Both the position numbers and the translations under genes were made by a program. A DNA stretch of 64,000 bases, taken from assembly GCA_023213395.1 (NCBI GenBank), contig CM041465.1:161703741-161767740 (forward strand). The letters run 5' to 3'. The notes under the pieces are model-generated. The model saw only the letters and a program-made list of their open reading frames with translations, did no database searches and was not told where the DNA came from. The DNA is from Cycas panzhihuaensis. Taxonomy: Eukaryota > Plantae > Cycadophyta. Shown piece after piece: positions 1 to 13,445 of this stretch. Each line of letters begins with the position of its first letter. Within the stretch, counting starts at the first letter, position 1.

Positions 1-460
1 CAAACTCTTACAATCCAACTTCTTTTGATGTGTATATATGATGTATGCATATGCAATACACCCAATTATACTCTTCAAGGATAATGTCACAAATAATATT
101 AATATGTATCCTATTTAAAATGTAAAAAGTTATTGTAATAGCTTCTGCCCAAAACATAGGAGGTAGATTCTTACCATGTAACATGCACCTCACTATGTCT
201 ATTATGGTATGATTCTTCCTTTCTGTAATACCATTTTACTGTGGGGTATCCACGACAATCAACTCCTATTTGATATTATGATCAAGGCAAAATTGATTAA
301 AGATATTATTGGCATATACCTTTCTATTATCCCTCCTTAAAATCTTAATTTTCTTATTATATTAATTTTTAATATTAACTTTTCATTCACAAAATCAAAT
401 AAGTATATTAGGCTTATTTTTCTTCTCAAATATATCACATAGGCTTCTTTACTAAAAATC
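1..460 (-). mobile_element. Decayed Ty1/copia integrase fragment (family Z, copy 1; runs off the window edge)
   Basis: ORF 8-193 reads MRCMLHGKNLPPMFWAEAITITFYILNR, a copia integrase motif. Aligns by eye to 4615-5092 and ~61630-62110. Confidence 0.9.
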
Positions 461-464
461 AAAA

Positions 465-2761
465 CAAGACTTATAAGGAGAATGAAATGTGAGATAATAA
501 AGTCTTGTTATTCATCTTTTGTATATTAGAAAACCATATCTTTTCAAGAGTCAGTGATGCAATTACATCAGAGGAGGCATGGAATGCTTTGAAAACTACC
601 GATCAAAGAGCTACTATATTAAAACTCTAAACACAAAGGAGTAAGTTTAAAAATTATAGGACAAATAATAATGAAAGGATATATGATTTTATAACTAAGG
701 TATAAGGCTTAATCAATCAAATTAGGGCCTTAAATGAAGTCATTAGTGGTAGAAAAGATCTGAAGATATGTTAGTATCATAAAAATATTTGAAATGATAG
801 TAACAAGTATTGATGTCTCTAAAAACCTAACTACACTCAAGATTGATTAACTTAGTGCAATGTTACTTGTTATTAAATAGAAGAAGGAGGGTAATGTATC
901 ATTAGAATATACATTTTCTACTAAGACAAAGATTAGTCCAACCTTTAAAGGCCAAAGTTCTAGGGGAAAAGGATAATATCCTTAAGGAAGAGGATAAAAC
1001 CTCAAAAACCAAGGGTAATTTTATCAAAGATAAGATCAAACTTATTAAATTCAAGGGCAAGGATAATATTATTAAGACCAAGGTCAATTCTATTAAGGTT
1101 AAGATTATTCCATGAAGGACAAGGTCAATGACAAAGATAATACTATTAAGGCCAATTTAACCAAGGCCAAGGATAAGGTTTTAGAACTCAAGGAAGAGGT
1201 AAGGGATAAAGTCCAAAGGGAAAGAACTAAGGACAAAGAGGAATAAGTCATAGATATAGAAAAATAATGCAATGTTCTTATTATTATAGAAGTGGACACT
1301 TAAAAATAAATCATTTCACAAAAATCTCTAACATGCAAAGAGGAGTAACTAATATAATAGTTGAAGAACCAAAAAAAAATGAGAGACTCTTCCTATTAAG
1401 CCTAATAACCAATGAAGATAAAGATAATTAGTATATTGACTCAAGATACTCTATTCATATGACACATAAAAAAGAATGGTTCAAGGAGTTGGACAACATA
1501 AAAAAATGTAAAATCATATTTATAGATAAATACTACTTAAGATGTGATTGGTAAAGGAATTATAGCCATCCAAACAAACTTTAGAGAAGCTAGATATAAC
1601 AATGATATATTCCATATCCTTACAATTTGAAAAAAACTTATTATCAATGAGATAAATGATAGAGCAAGAATATAAGGTTATCTTTAACAATGGTGAGTGT
1701 ATAATTAAGGAAAAGTTAAGGAATAAAGTAATAGCTGCTAAGGGTCAAATGACTAGTGATAGATTATTTAAACTAGCTATTTCCCCAAATGATTATTATG
1801 CCTTGAAGGTATTAATTAATGTGAATAATGAGACTTGGTATAAAAGACTTAGCTATATAAACTATAATAGATTAATATTAATAGAAAGATGGAAATGGTG
1901 ATTGGTGTGCCTAATATTGAACATGGCAAAGAAGTCTATAAAGATTGTATATTAGGCCAACAATAAAGAAAAGGATTTCCTAATGACAATTATAGGGAAA
2001 ATGGGCCTATTTAACTAGTGTACACATATTTATATAGACTAATAGATGTACCTTCACTTAGAGGAGCCAAGTACTTCATAACTTTCATCGATGAATTTAT
2101 AAGAATGACTTGGATTTATTTTCTCAAGTTTAAACCAAATATATTTCAATATTTTATTGATTTTAAAGTCATGATAAAAAGTCATAGTGGGCATAAGATA
2201 TTAACACTTAGATTAGATAGTAGGAAAGAATTCATTTCGAGTAAATTTAAGGACTATTACAACTACTTTGGAATAAGAAAACAACTTACTAATCCTTACA
2301 TCCCTTAATAAAATGGGGTTATAGAAAGGATAAATAGGACCATTATTGAAATGGTTAGGAGTATTCTTAAGGATAGGCATCTTGGCATTGAGTATTAGGT
2401 ATAGGCTAAGCAAATATACAACTAAGGTAGTGAGATGGATGGCACTTAATAAAGCTTGGACAAGTCACAATCTAAGCATCAAATACTTAAGATTTTTTAG
2501 GTACATAAATTATGCACATATTTTAGAACAAACAAGAATAAAATTAAACAATAAAAATTCTAAGTAGATATTTATAGGATATAGTAACTCATCAAGATCC
2601 TATAAATTATATGACACTAAGAGTAAAAAAATTATCATGAGTGGAGATGTCATCTTCAAGGAAGATGAATTCTATCAAGAGGAAGTTATTAAAAAGAACA
2701 AAGGTAAAAGTATTATGATTGAAGTAGACTCTAACTTAAGTGGTATAAATATACCTAGTAC
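465..2761 (+). mobile_element. Decayed Ty1/copia gag-protease-integrase, truncated by the family Z LTR at 2762
   Basis: Gag IFSRVSDAITSEEAWNALKT (~538-600); CCHC remnant ~1270-1310; protease *YIDSRYSIHMT (~1429-1465); GAG-pre-integrase TWYKRLSYINYNRL (~1832); integrase GAKYFITFIDEF and NGVIERINRTI (2060-2345); SH3-like IFIGY..SRSYKLYD (~2570-2615). Many stops and frameshifts. Confidence 0.9.
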
Positions 2762-5092
2762 TATAAGGAATCAACAAGCAATAGATCATTTATACACATA
2801 ACAGACATAAAAGGAGTAAGCACATCGAATAGATTTGACATAGAAAACCTTGCATAAAAATCTAGCATAGAAAGATATTATTATATTATTACAAATCCAT
2901 AAAACATAATGGACTTTAGATCCCTCTAAGTAGATCCATAAGCACCTCAAATAATACATTAATATTACATCCGTCGATCTAAATAATATCATAATATCAC
3001 ATCATATATATTTATATAATATTTCACCACATTTATATTAATTAAGATAAGTGGATCTAATACCAATTTAACACCCCCATTAATATAAAAATGGGTCTTG
3101 AAGTCCTCCTAAGGGTTGTTCTAACCTTTTTCTTTATCCTTGTTGATAGATACCCCCTTAAGGATAACTTCACTAAGTCCCAAATTTACACAAATCTTAA
3201 TAAAGTAATATTTAGTAAGAGCTTTGGTGAGTACATCTATAAGTTATTCTTTACTTGGTATAAACTCAACATGAAACTTCCCTAATCTGATCTACTCATA
3301 GATGTAATAGTGTTGAATCTTGATGTGCTTCATATATATGTGAAATTCTAATTTCTTTGAAAGGCAAATAACACTCTAATTATTAATGTGTATAACAAAT
3401 GTACTAGATAATATTTCAAGAGAGTTATACACTTAGGTGGTCTTCATTAACACCTTGATATTTCAGTATAATAGTCCATTACAAATGGTATCAGAGCCAA
3501 GGTCACAGGTTTAATTCTTAGAGAGGCTGACCTTAGAAGGGATGACCTTGGTACAGTGTCAGCATAGTAGTGTCTGTTTGAGGTCTAATGAGGTATGAAA
3601 TTACTGAGAGTGGGTTACCAAGAGTGGGTCATTGAGACATCAACACCTTATTGGGGAGGTAATGTTACACACTTGGGTGCTCTTCACTAATACCTTAAGG
3701 TTTTATTATAATAGTTCATTACAAAGAGTCTCTAAAAGTCCCTATAAGCATATAACTTCCCTCATACTAAAAGTTAGTCATGAGTACTCAACCTTTTCCT
3801 TGACAAAACCAAGAGGTTGAGCCATGTAGATATCCTCTCTTAAGTCTCTATTTAGGAATGTTAACTCTATGTCCATTTGATATAACTCCCAACCAAATGC
3901 AGTTACTAAAACAAGGATCAATTAAACTATTGACATCTTGGAGACTGGTGTAAATGTCTTCTCATATTCAATTCCTTCATTCTATTTAAAACCCTATATA
4001 ATAGGTCTAACTTTATACTTATCTACCTCTCCATTGGAATGATACTTTATCTTATAGACCCACTTACATTTAACTAGGTTCTTAGATAGAGGTAAAGGAA
4101 CCAAATCCTATGTATCATTCTTCATAAGTGAACTATACTCCTCCTCCATTGTAGCTTTCTATTGTTGATCCTCTTTTACTTCCTTATATGAAATGGGATA
4201 ACTGAAATCATTAGTGTTTACCACCAAAGTTTGACAGGCATACTAACTCCTTATTCTTTGACCATCCTCTATAGCTTCAACCCTCATACTAAAGTTTTCA
4301 ATGGTCTTCCTATCCCATAAGAGAACATAGGGTGTTATTCATACCTCTTATTATAATGGCTTCTTATCATCACTCCCACTAGGTCCTACTTCTATTTTTG
4401 ACATAATGTTAAGCTCATGAACCTCCACACCTATTGAAACATGACTAGAAAATAGAAGAAGTTGAGAGTAAAAGGTATCTTCAAATAACCTCTTAGTATG
4501 ACATGTCATTAACTCATCAAACTCAATATCTTAACTAACCAAAAGTTTCTTCCCCTATAGATCCTAAAGTCTATAAGCCTTATTCTCTTATAAGTACCCC
4601 ACAAAAATACACTTCAAACTCTTACAATCCAACTTCTTTTGATGTGTATCTATGATGTGTGCATATGTAATGTACCCAAATATCTTGAAATAGTTAATAG
4701 AAGGTTTCTAATTGGTCTAAGACTTTTCAAGGATAATGCCACAAATAGTTTTAGTATGTACCCTATTTAAAATGTAAAAAGTTATCGCAATAACTTCTAC
4801 CCAAAACATAAGAGGTATATTCTTACCATGTAACATGCACCTCACTATCTCCATCATGGTATGATTCTTCCTTTCTATAATACCATTTTATTGTGGGGTA
4901 TGTAGGATAATCAACTCCTATTTGATACCATGATTAAGGCAATATTGATTAAAGATATTATTGTCATATTCCTTTCCATTATCCCTCCTTAAAATCTTTA
5001 TTTTCTTATTAGATTCATTTTCAACATTAACTTTCCATTTATAAAATCAAATAAAAATATTAGACTTATCTTTCTTCTTAAATATCTCACAT
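2762..5092 (-). mobile_element. Ty1/copia family Z copy 2: 3' LTR (2762-3073), PPT, RNase H, partial RT and integrase
   Basis: 312-bp LTR homologous to 59312-59623, with CCCCCATT (PPT on the minus strand) next to it. The internal region aligns to 59624-62090 with a ~0.8 kb deletion near 3770-3790. Confidence 0.9.
3423..3723 (+). mobile_element. Complete 301-bp TRIM (terminal-repeat retrotransposon in miniature) inserted in copia RNase H
   Basis: 61-bp LTRs at 3423-3483 and 3663-3723; PBS TGGTATCAGAGCC (tRNA-iMet) at 3486; PPT TTGGGGAGG; TSD AAGAG at 3418-3422 and 3724-3728. The empty site is visible in the paralog at ~59960-59990. Confidence 0.93.
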
Positions 5093-5420
5093 GACACTCA
5101 AATTTATTATGAGGCTATACATTTTGGTCACATTGGACTCCATATGACTGGGGTTTTTGCTTTAAAAATGGATAGACTTAAAGAGTTTATAAGTTGTTTT
5201 AAATATATTTTCTAAAATTAAAAAGGTTATTTGATATTTCAATTTTTTAAAAGTCCACCAGCCCCTTAACTCCTTAGTTAGTAGTCATATAGGCTTGTTG
5301 TATGACTAAGAGCTGCTTTAGAAGAGCCTTAATCCAAATCCCTACTATTTCACCTTCATAAAGAGGTTACTACATTATTTTGGGCATATATTTTCAATAA
5401 GATAAGTATTTATTAGTTGA

Positions 5421-8400
5421 TAGTTATGTGTATATGTATGTTTGAATTGTTCCACATTCATGAGTTGGCTACCCTCTCACATAAAATTAAGGTAAAACAC
5501 ACATCTATAACTTTGTCAATCCAAAAAGAGCATTTGAGGATGAGAAGCTAAAAATATGTGATATAGTGCAACTACACCAATTCACTTGCTTCTTAGTACT
5601 AACAAATACTTAGAAGAATTGATTATTGATGATTCATGTGATTGAGTCCCTAGTTTCCCTTGTGTTGCATGCCTTATTCTGCTCATATGTCCTAGTATTC
5701 TATCTTGGTCATTGCCACTTGGGTTAGTGAGTTATCACTTAGTTGCATGTAATGTATCACATTTATTTGGTAGATTTCACACATTCATGGGATGTGATAT
5801 ATGTGTATGTGTGTGTGAATTATCCCACATCCATAAGTTAGCTAGATTCTCATATGAATATAAGGTAAAACACACCCCTATAACTTTTCTAATCCGAAAA
5901 GAGCCTTTGAGAGTGAGAAGCTTGAAACGTGTAATACAGTGCAACTACATCGATCCATGTTACTCCTCAGTACTAATAAATTCTTAGAATGGTTGATTAT
6001 TGATGATTTATGTGATCAAGTCCCTAGATTCCTTATGTTGCATGCTTTATTCCACTCATATCTCCTAGTTCTCTTATGTATATCCTTCGTTGGGTAGATT
6101 TTCCACATTTATGGGATGTGGTATATGTGTGTGTTATGGGATGTGGTATGTGTGTATGTGTGTGTGTGAATTATCTCACATTCATGAGTTGGTTAGAATC
6201 TCATTTGAATATAAGGTGAAATACACCCTTACAAGTTTACTAATCTAGAAAAAAAACCTTTGAGGGTGAGAAGCCTGAAACGTATGATGTAATGTAACCA
6301 CATTGATCCATATTGCTCCCTGATACTAATAAATAATTAGAAGGGTTGATTATTGATGATTCATATGATCGAGTCCCTAGCATTTCTTATGTTGCATGCC
6401 TTATTCCACTCATATCTCCTAGTTGTACTCTATCTTAGTTGTTGCTACTTGGGTTGGTAGGTTGTCGCTTAGTTAGATGTGATGTATCCTCTTCATTGGG
6501 TAGATTTCCTATGTTCAAGAGATGTGGTGTATGTGAATTATCCCACATTCATGAGTTGGCTAGACTCTCACATGAATATAAGATAAAACACACCCCTGTA
6601 ACTTTTCCAATTTGTAAAGAGCCTTTGAGGGTTTAAAACATATGATACAATATAACCACATCAATTTGCGTTGCTCCTTAGTACTAACAAATGCTTAGAA
6701 GGGTTGATTATTAATGACTCATGTGATTAAGTCTCTAGATTTCCTTGTGCTATATGGTGTATTCCACTTATACCACTTATATCTCCTAGTACCTTATCTT
6801 GATTATTGCAACTTAGATTGGTGGATTATCGCTCAGTTAGATGTGATGTATCCTCTTCATTGGGTAGATTTCTCACATTCATGGGATGTCGTATATGTGT
6901 ATGTGTGTGTGAATTATCCTACATTCATGAGTTAGCCAGACTTTGACATGAATATAAGGTAAAATATAGCCTGACAACTTTGCCAATCTGAAAAAAGACT
7001 TTGAGGGTGAGAAGCTCAAAGTGTGTAATATAGTATAACCATATTGATCCACATTACTCCTTGGTACTAACAAATGTTTAGAAGGGTTGATTAGTTATGA
7101 TTCATGTGATTGAGTACCTAACTTCCCTTGTGTTTCATGCCTTATTCCACTTATATTTCCTAATACCCTGTCTTAGCTACTGCCACTTAGGTTGGTAGGT
7201 TGTTGCGTAGTTAGATGTGATGTATCCCCTTCATTGGGTAGATTTTCCACTTTCATGGGATGCTATGTTTTTAGATATAAATTATCCCATATTTATAAGT
7301 TATATAGACTCTCATATGAATATAATGTTAAACACTCCCCTACAACTTTACTAATCTAGAAAGAGCCTTTGAGTATAAGAAGCCTGAAACTTGTGATACA
7401 GTGCAACCACATCAATCCATGTTGCTCCTTAGTACTAACAAATACTTAGAAGGATTGATTATTGATAATTCATATGATCGAGTCCCTAACATCCTTTGTG
7501 TTGATTGAGTCCCTAACTTTCTTTCTGTTGCATGCTTTATTCTATTGATATCTCTTAGTACTTTGTCTTGGCTGTTCCTACTTAAGTTAGAGGGTTGTCA
7601 TTCTATTGGATATGATACATCCCTTTCATTAGATAAATTTTCCATATTCATGGGATGTGGTATGTGTATATATATGTGTGAATTATTTTACATTCATGAG
7701 TTAGATAAACACTCTCATAAATATAAGGTAAAACACATTCCTATAGCTTTGCCAAACCAAAAATAGCCTTTGAGGGTAAGAAGTTGAAATATATGATACA
7801 GTACAACTACATCAATCCACGTTGCTCCTTGGTACTAAAACATGCTTAGAAGGGTTGATTATTGATGATTTATGTGATTAAGTCCCTGGCTTCCCTTGTG
7901 TTGTATGCCTTATTCGACTCATATCTCCTAGTACTCTGTCTTGGTCATTGCCACTTGGGTTGGTGGTTTTCACTTAGTTGAATGTGATGTATCTCCTTAA
8001 TTGGGTAGATTTCCCACGTTCATGGGATATGGAGTGTGTATGAATTATTCCACATTCATGAGTTAGACAGATTCTTACATGAATATAAGGTAAAACACAC
8101 CATTACAACTCTGCTAATTTGGAAAGAATCTTTGAGGTTGAGAAGTCTAAAACATATGATACAATGCAACCACATCGATCCATGTTGCTCCTAACAAATA
8201 CTTAGAAGGGTTGATTATTAATGATTCATATGATTGAGTCCCTAACTTCCCTTATGTTGCACACATTTTTCCACTTATATTTCCTTGTACTCTATCTTAG
8301 CTTTTACCATTTATATTGGTGGATTATCGCTTAGTTGGATATGATGTATCTCCTTCATTAGGTAGATTTTCAATTTTCATAGGATGTAGAGTTTATGTAT

Positions 8401-11400
8401 GTGTGTGTGAATTATCCCACATTTATAAGTTGGTCAAACTCTCACATGAATATAAGGGAAAACACGCCCCTATAATTTTGCTAATCTAAAAAGAGCCTTT
8501 GAGGATGAGAAGCTTGAAATGTTTGATACAGTGTAAATACACTAATCTACATTAGTCCTAGTACTAACAAATGCTTAGAAAGGTTGATTATTAATGATTT
8601 AGATAATTGAATCATTGGCTTCCTTTGTGTTGCATGCCTTATTCTACTCATATTTACTAGTACTCTATCTTAGTCATTGTCATTTGGTTTAATGGGTTAT
8701 TGCTTAGTTAGATATGATGTATCCCCTTCATTGGGTAGATTTCCCACATTCATGGGATGTGGTATGTGTCTATATATGTGTGAATTATCCCACATTCATA
8801 AGTTGGCTAGACTCTCACATGAATATAAGGTAAAACACACCCCTATAACTTAACTAATTCAATAAGAGCCTTTGAGGGTAAGAAGCCTAAAATGTGTGAT
8901 ACAATACAACCCATTAATCCATATTGCTCCTTAGTACTAATAAATGCTTAGAAAGGTTAATTATTGATGATTCATATAATCAAGTCCCTAGCTTCCCTTA
9001 TGATGTGATATATCCCCTTTGTTAGATAGATTTCCCACATTTATGGGATGTGGTATGTGTGTATATATGTGTGAATTATCCCACATTCATAAGTTAGCTA
9101 GACTTTTACATAAATATAAGGTAAAATACACTTTTATAACTTTGCCAATCCAGAAGGAGCCTTTGAGGGTGAGAATCCTAAAACATGTCATACAATGTAA
9201 TCATACTTATCTACATTACTCCTCAATACTAATAATTGATTAAAAGGGTGGATTATTAATGATTCATATGATTGAGTCCCTATCTTCCATTGTGTTTCAC
9301 TTCTTATTCAACTCATAGCTTCTAGTACTCTATCTTGGTTATTGCCATTTGTGTTGGTGGGTTATCACTTAGTTGGATGTGATGTATCCTTTTTATTAAG
9401 TAGATTTCCCACGTTCATGAGATGTGGTGTATGTATGTGTGTGTGAATTATCCCACATTCATAAGTTGGCTAGACTCTCACATGAATATAAGGTAAAATA
9501 CACCCCTATAACTTTGCCAATCTGAAAAGAGCCTTTGAGGGTGAGAAGCCTAAAATGCATGATATAATGTAATCACACTGATCTACGTTGCTCCCTAGTA
9601 ATAAAAAATATTTAGAAGGGTTAATGATTCATGTAATTGATCCCTTAGCTTCCATTGTGTTACATGGTTTATTCCACTTATATCTCCTAGTACTTTGTCT
9701 TGATCATTGCCACTTGGATTAGTGGGTTGTCACTAAGTTGGATGTGATGAATCCCCCTCATTGGGTAGATTTTTCATATTCATAGGATATGGTATGTAAG
9801 TGTGAATTATCCCACATTCATGAGTTGGCCAGACACACAAAAATATAAGGTAAAATACACCCCTATAACTTTAGCAATCCAGAATGAGCCTTTGAGGCTG
9901 AGAAGCCCAAAATGTATGAGATAGTACAATTACATCAATCCATGTTACTCATTTGCACTAATAAATACTTAAAAGGGTTAATTATTGATGATTTATATGA
10001 TTGATTATCTAACTTCCTTTGTACTACATGCCTTATTCCACTCATATTTCCTAGTACTGTGTCTTGGATAGTTCCACTTGGGTTGGTGGGTTATTGCTCA
10101 TTTATATATAATGTATCCCCTTCATTGGGTAGATTTTCCACTTTCATGAGATGCAGTGTTTATGTATGTGTGTGTGAATTGTCCCACATTCATAAGTTAG
10201 TTAGACTCTCATATGAATATAAGATAAAGCACACCCCTAGAACTTTGCCAATCTAGAAAGAGTCTTTAAGGGTGAGAAGCCCAAAACATGTGATATAATG
10301 CAACCACATTAGTCTACATTACTCTTCAATATTAATAAATCCTTAGAAGGGTTGATTATTAATGATCATGTGATTGAGTTTTTGGCTTCCATTGTTTTAC
10401 ATATCTTATTCCACTCATATCTCCTAGTACTTTGTCTTTGCTATTGCCACTTGGGTTGGTGGATTGTCACTCAGTTAGATGTGATGTATCCCCTTTATTG
10501 GGTAGATTTCCCATGTTCATGGGATGTGGTGTGTGTGTGTGTGTATGTATGTGTGAATTGTCCCACATTTATGAATTGGCTAAGCACTTACATGAATATA
10601 AGGTAAAACACACCCCTATAACTTTGCTAATCTAGAAAGAGCCTTTGAGGATGAGAAGCCCAGAATGTGTAATACAGTGCAACCATACCAATCTACATTG
10701 TTCCTTGGTACTAACAAATGCTTAAAAGGGTTGATTATTGATGATTCATATGATCAAGTTCCTAGCTCCCCTTTATGCTACACACCTTATTCACCCATAT
10801 CTCCTAATACTATGTCTTGGTCATTTCCACTTGGGTTGGTGGGTATCACTTAGTTGGATGTGATGTATCCCCTTAATTATATAGATTTCCCGTGTTCATA
10901 GGATGTGGTATACATGTATGTATATGTGAATTGTCCCACATTCAAGAGTTGGCTAGACTCTTACATGAATATAAGGTAATGCATACCCCTATAACTTTGT
11001 TAATCTAGAAAAAACTTTTGAGGGTGAGAAGCACGAGATGTATGATACAATGTAACCACACAATCCATATTGCTCCCTAGTACTAATAAATGATTAAAAG
11101 GGTTGATTATTGATGATTCATGTGATCAAGTACCTAGCTTTCCTTGTTTTGCATGTCTTATTTCACTCATATCTCTTAGTACTCTATCTTGCTCTTGCCA
11201 CTTAGTTTAGTAGGTTGTTGCTCAGTTGGATATGATGTATCCCCTTCATTGGGTAGATTTTCCACATTCATAGGTTGTGGTGTGTGTATGTGTATGTGTG
11301 AATTATTCCATATTCATGAGTTGGCTAGACTCTCATATGAATATAAGGTAAAACACACCCTTATAAATTTGCTAGTCTGGAAAGAACCTTTGAGGGTGAG

Positions 11401-12257
11401 AAGCCTGAAACATGTGATATAATGTAACCATATCGATCTACGTTGCTCTTTGGCACTAACAAATACTTAGAAGGGTTGATTATTGATGATTCATATGATT
11501 GAGTCCCTAGCTTCCTTTGTATTGCAAATCTTATTCCACTCATATCTCCTAGTACTTTGTCTTGGTTATTACCACTTGGGTTGGTGGGTTATTGCTCAAT
11601 TGAATGTGATGTATCCCCTTCATTGGGTATATTTATTATGTTCATGGGATGTGGTGTGTGTGTATGTACGTGTGAATTATCCTACATTTATAAGTTAGCC
11701 AAACTCTCACATAAATATAAAGTAAAACGCATCCCTATAACTTTGCCAATCTAAAAAGAGACTTTAAGGGTGAGAAGCCCAAAACATATGATATAGTGAA
11801 ACCAAACCAATCTATATTACTCCTTATTACTAACAAATGCTTAGAAGGGTTGATTATTGATGATTTATATGATCAAGTTCCTAGGTTCTCGTGTGCTACA
11901 TACCTTATTCCCCTTATATCTCTTAGTACTTTGTCTTAACCTTTACCACTTGGGTTGGTGAGTTATCACTCAATTGGATGTGATGTATCCCCTTCATTGG
12001 GTAGATTTCCTATATTCATGGGATCTCGTGTGTATGTGTGAATTATCCCACATTCATGAGTTAGTTAGACTCTCATATGAATATAAGGTAAAACACACCC
12101 CTATAGCTTTGTCAATCTAAAAAGAGCCTATGGCTATACTCTTATATGAATATAAGGTAAAACACATCCCTATAGCTTTGCCAATCAAAAAAGAGACTTT
12201 GAGGATGAGAAGCCTGAAACTTGTGATATAGTATAACCACATCGATCCACATTGCTA
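5421..12257. repeat. Tandem array of a ~370-bp unit, about 19 copies
   Basis: The anchor GAATTRTCCCACATTCATRAGTTRG recurs at ~5443, 5817, 6167, 6534, 6910, 7279, 7680, 8042, 8408, 8781, 9073, 9445, 9803, 10176, 10554, 10928, 11300, 11674 and 12040. The repeated CELSHIHEL ORFs reflect this unit. Confidence 0.97.
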
Positions 12258-12259
12258 AT

Positions 12260-13343
12260 AATAGCTCCTACCACCCACAATTAAAGGTAGTTAATAATTA
12301 TTTGAAGAGATATCTTTGTTGTTATGTCTTAGATAAAAAGAATCATTGGTATCAATGGCTTTCTTTAGCAAAATGGTGGTATAATACAACTTATCATATG
12401 TCTATAAAAATGACCCCATTCAAGGCTTTATATAGATATCCACCATTAACTATAAAAAATTACATCATATAGACTTCAAGGATGCAAGTAGTAGAGGAGC
12501 ATCTATAACAATAAGTCTATGTACTTTGGATATTAAAATATAAACTCAACTTGGATTAAAATAGGATGAAGCAGTAAGTAGATAAAAAATGAAGAAAGTA
12601 GAAGTTCTAGCCAAGAGATTGGATCTACCTCTGTCTATAATCTTATAAGCGAACATCACTTAAGGGAGATACCAAACATAAGATTGTGCTAAGATTCTAT
12701 GAGCTATATCAGGTCCTCAAGTATGTGGATGAGGTAGCCTATGCCTTAGAGTTACTATTAATGTCCAAGCTCTATAATGTCTTTCATGTATCTTATTTAA
12801 AAAGGGTCATTGGCCAACAAGCACATGCACAGACTGAACTTCTACTTTTGGATGATGAAGGAAAACTCCAATTGATACTAAAACAAATCCTTAAGGTAAG
12901 GATGTAAAACTCACATTCACAATAGATCTAGGGGTATCTTATCACATAGAAGTAGTTATTATGAGAAGATTCAATATAGGAGGTGAGTAAATTATCCAAG
13001 AATATCTAGAATTACTTAAGATTTGAGGGCAAAGCTTTTTAAGGTTGGGGGGGAGGCGGGGAACTTGTTATGTACCTAATCCCCTTTTAATACATATATC
13101 TTCCTCCTCTCTCTCTTTGATATATCTTCTTCTTCTTTTTTATCTTTATTAGTCTCTTATTGTAATTACCCTACATGCATTAGTGAAGAGGGATAAGTAG
13201 ACTTAGTAGCTTTATACACACATACACATACATACACACACACACACTCCACTTTTGTAAAAGATATCTTTCAGCATTGACATCTTTGAGCATTGAAATA
13301 TTATGTATTAGAGGTTACCCCCTCAAAGTAGCTTAGCAATACA
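12260..13343 (+). mobile_element. 3' end of a decayed chromovirus-type Ty3/gypsy element: integrase, GPY/F region, chromodomain remnant, PPT and 3' LTR (13066 to ~13343)
   Basis: SSYHPQ, QWLSLAKWWYNTTYH and VAYALEL...NVFHVSYLK motifs; G-rich PPT at 13041-13065 followed by TGTTATG. The LTR end GCAATACA is tentative. Confidence 0.85.
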
Positions 13344-13445
13344 AAATGATCTTGTGCTTATGTAATTTTCTTAAGCAGAATTCAACTTCCATTAGAGGAT
13401 TTGGCAATTATTAGAGTAAAGTCCATTTGACCCAGGGAAAGGTAA

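Noticed and set aside
3486-3520. tRNA gene
   Set aside because: Only a PBS and a T-arm-like motif; no cloverleaf.
5712-11754. Recurrent small ORFs (MGCGVCVCELSHIH...) resembling a peptide gene family
   Set aside because: They are satellite units with stops and frameshifts at variable positions, no recognisable domain and no sign of frame conservation.
5421-12257. CRISPR-like array
   Set aside because: The whole unit repeats, there are no unique spacers or cas genes, and the context is eukaryotic.
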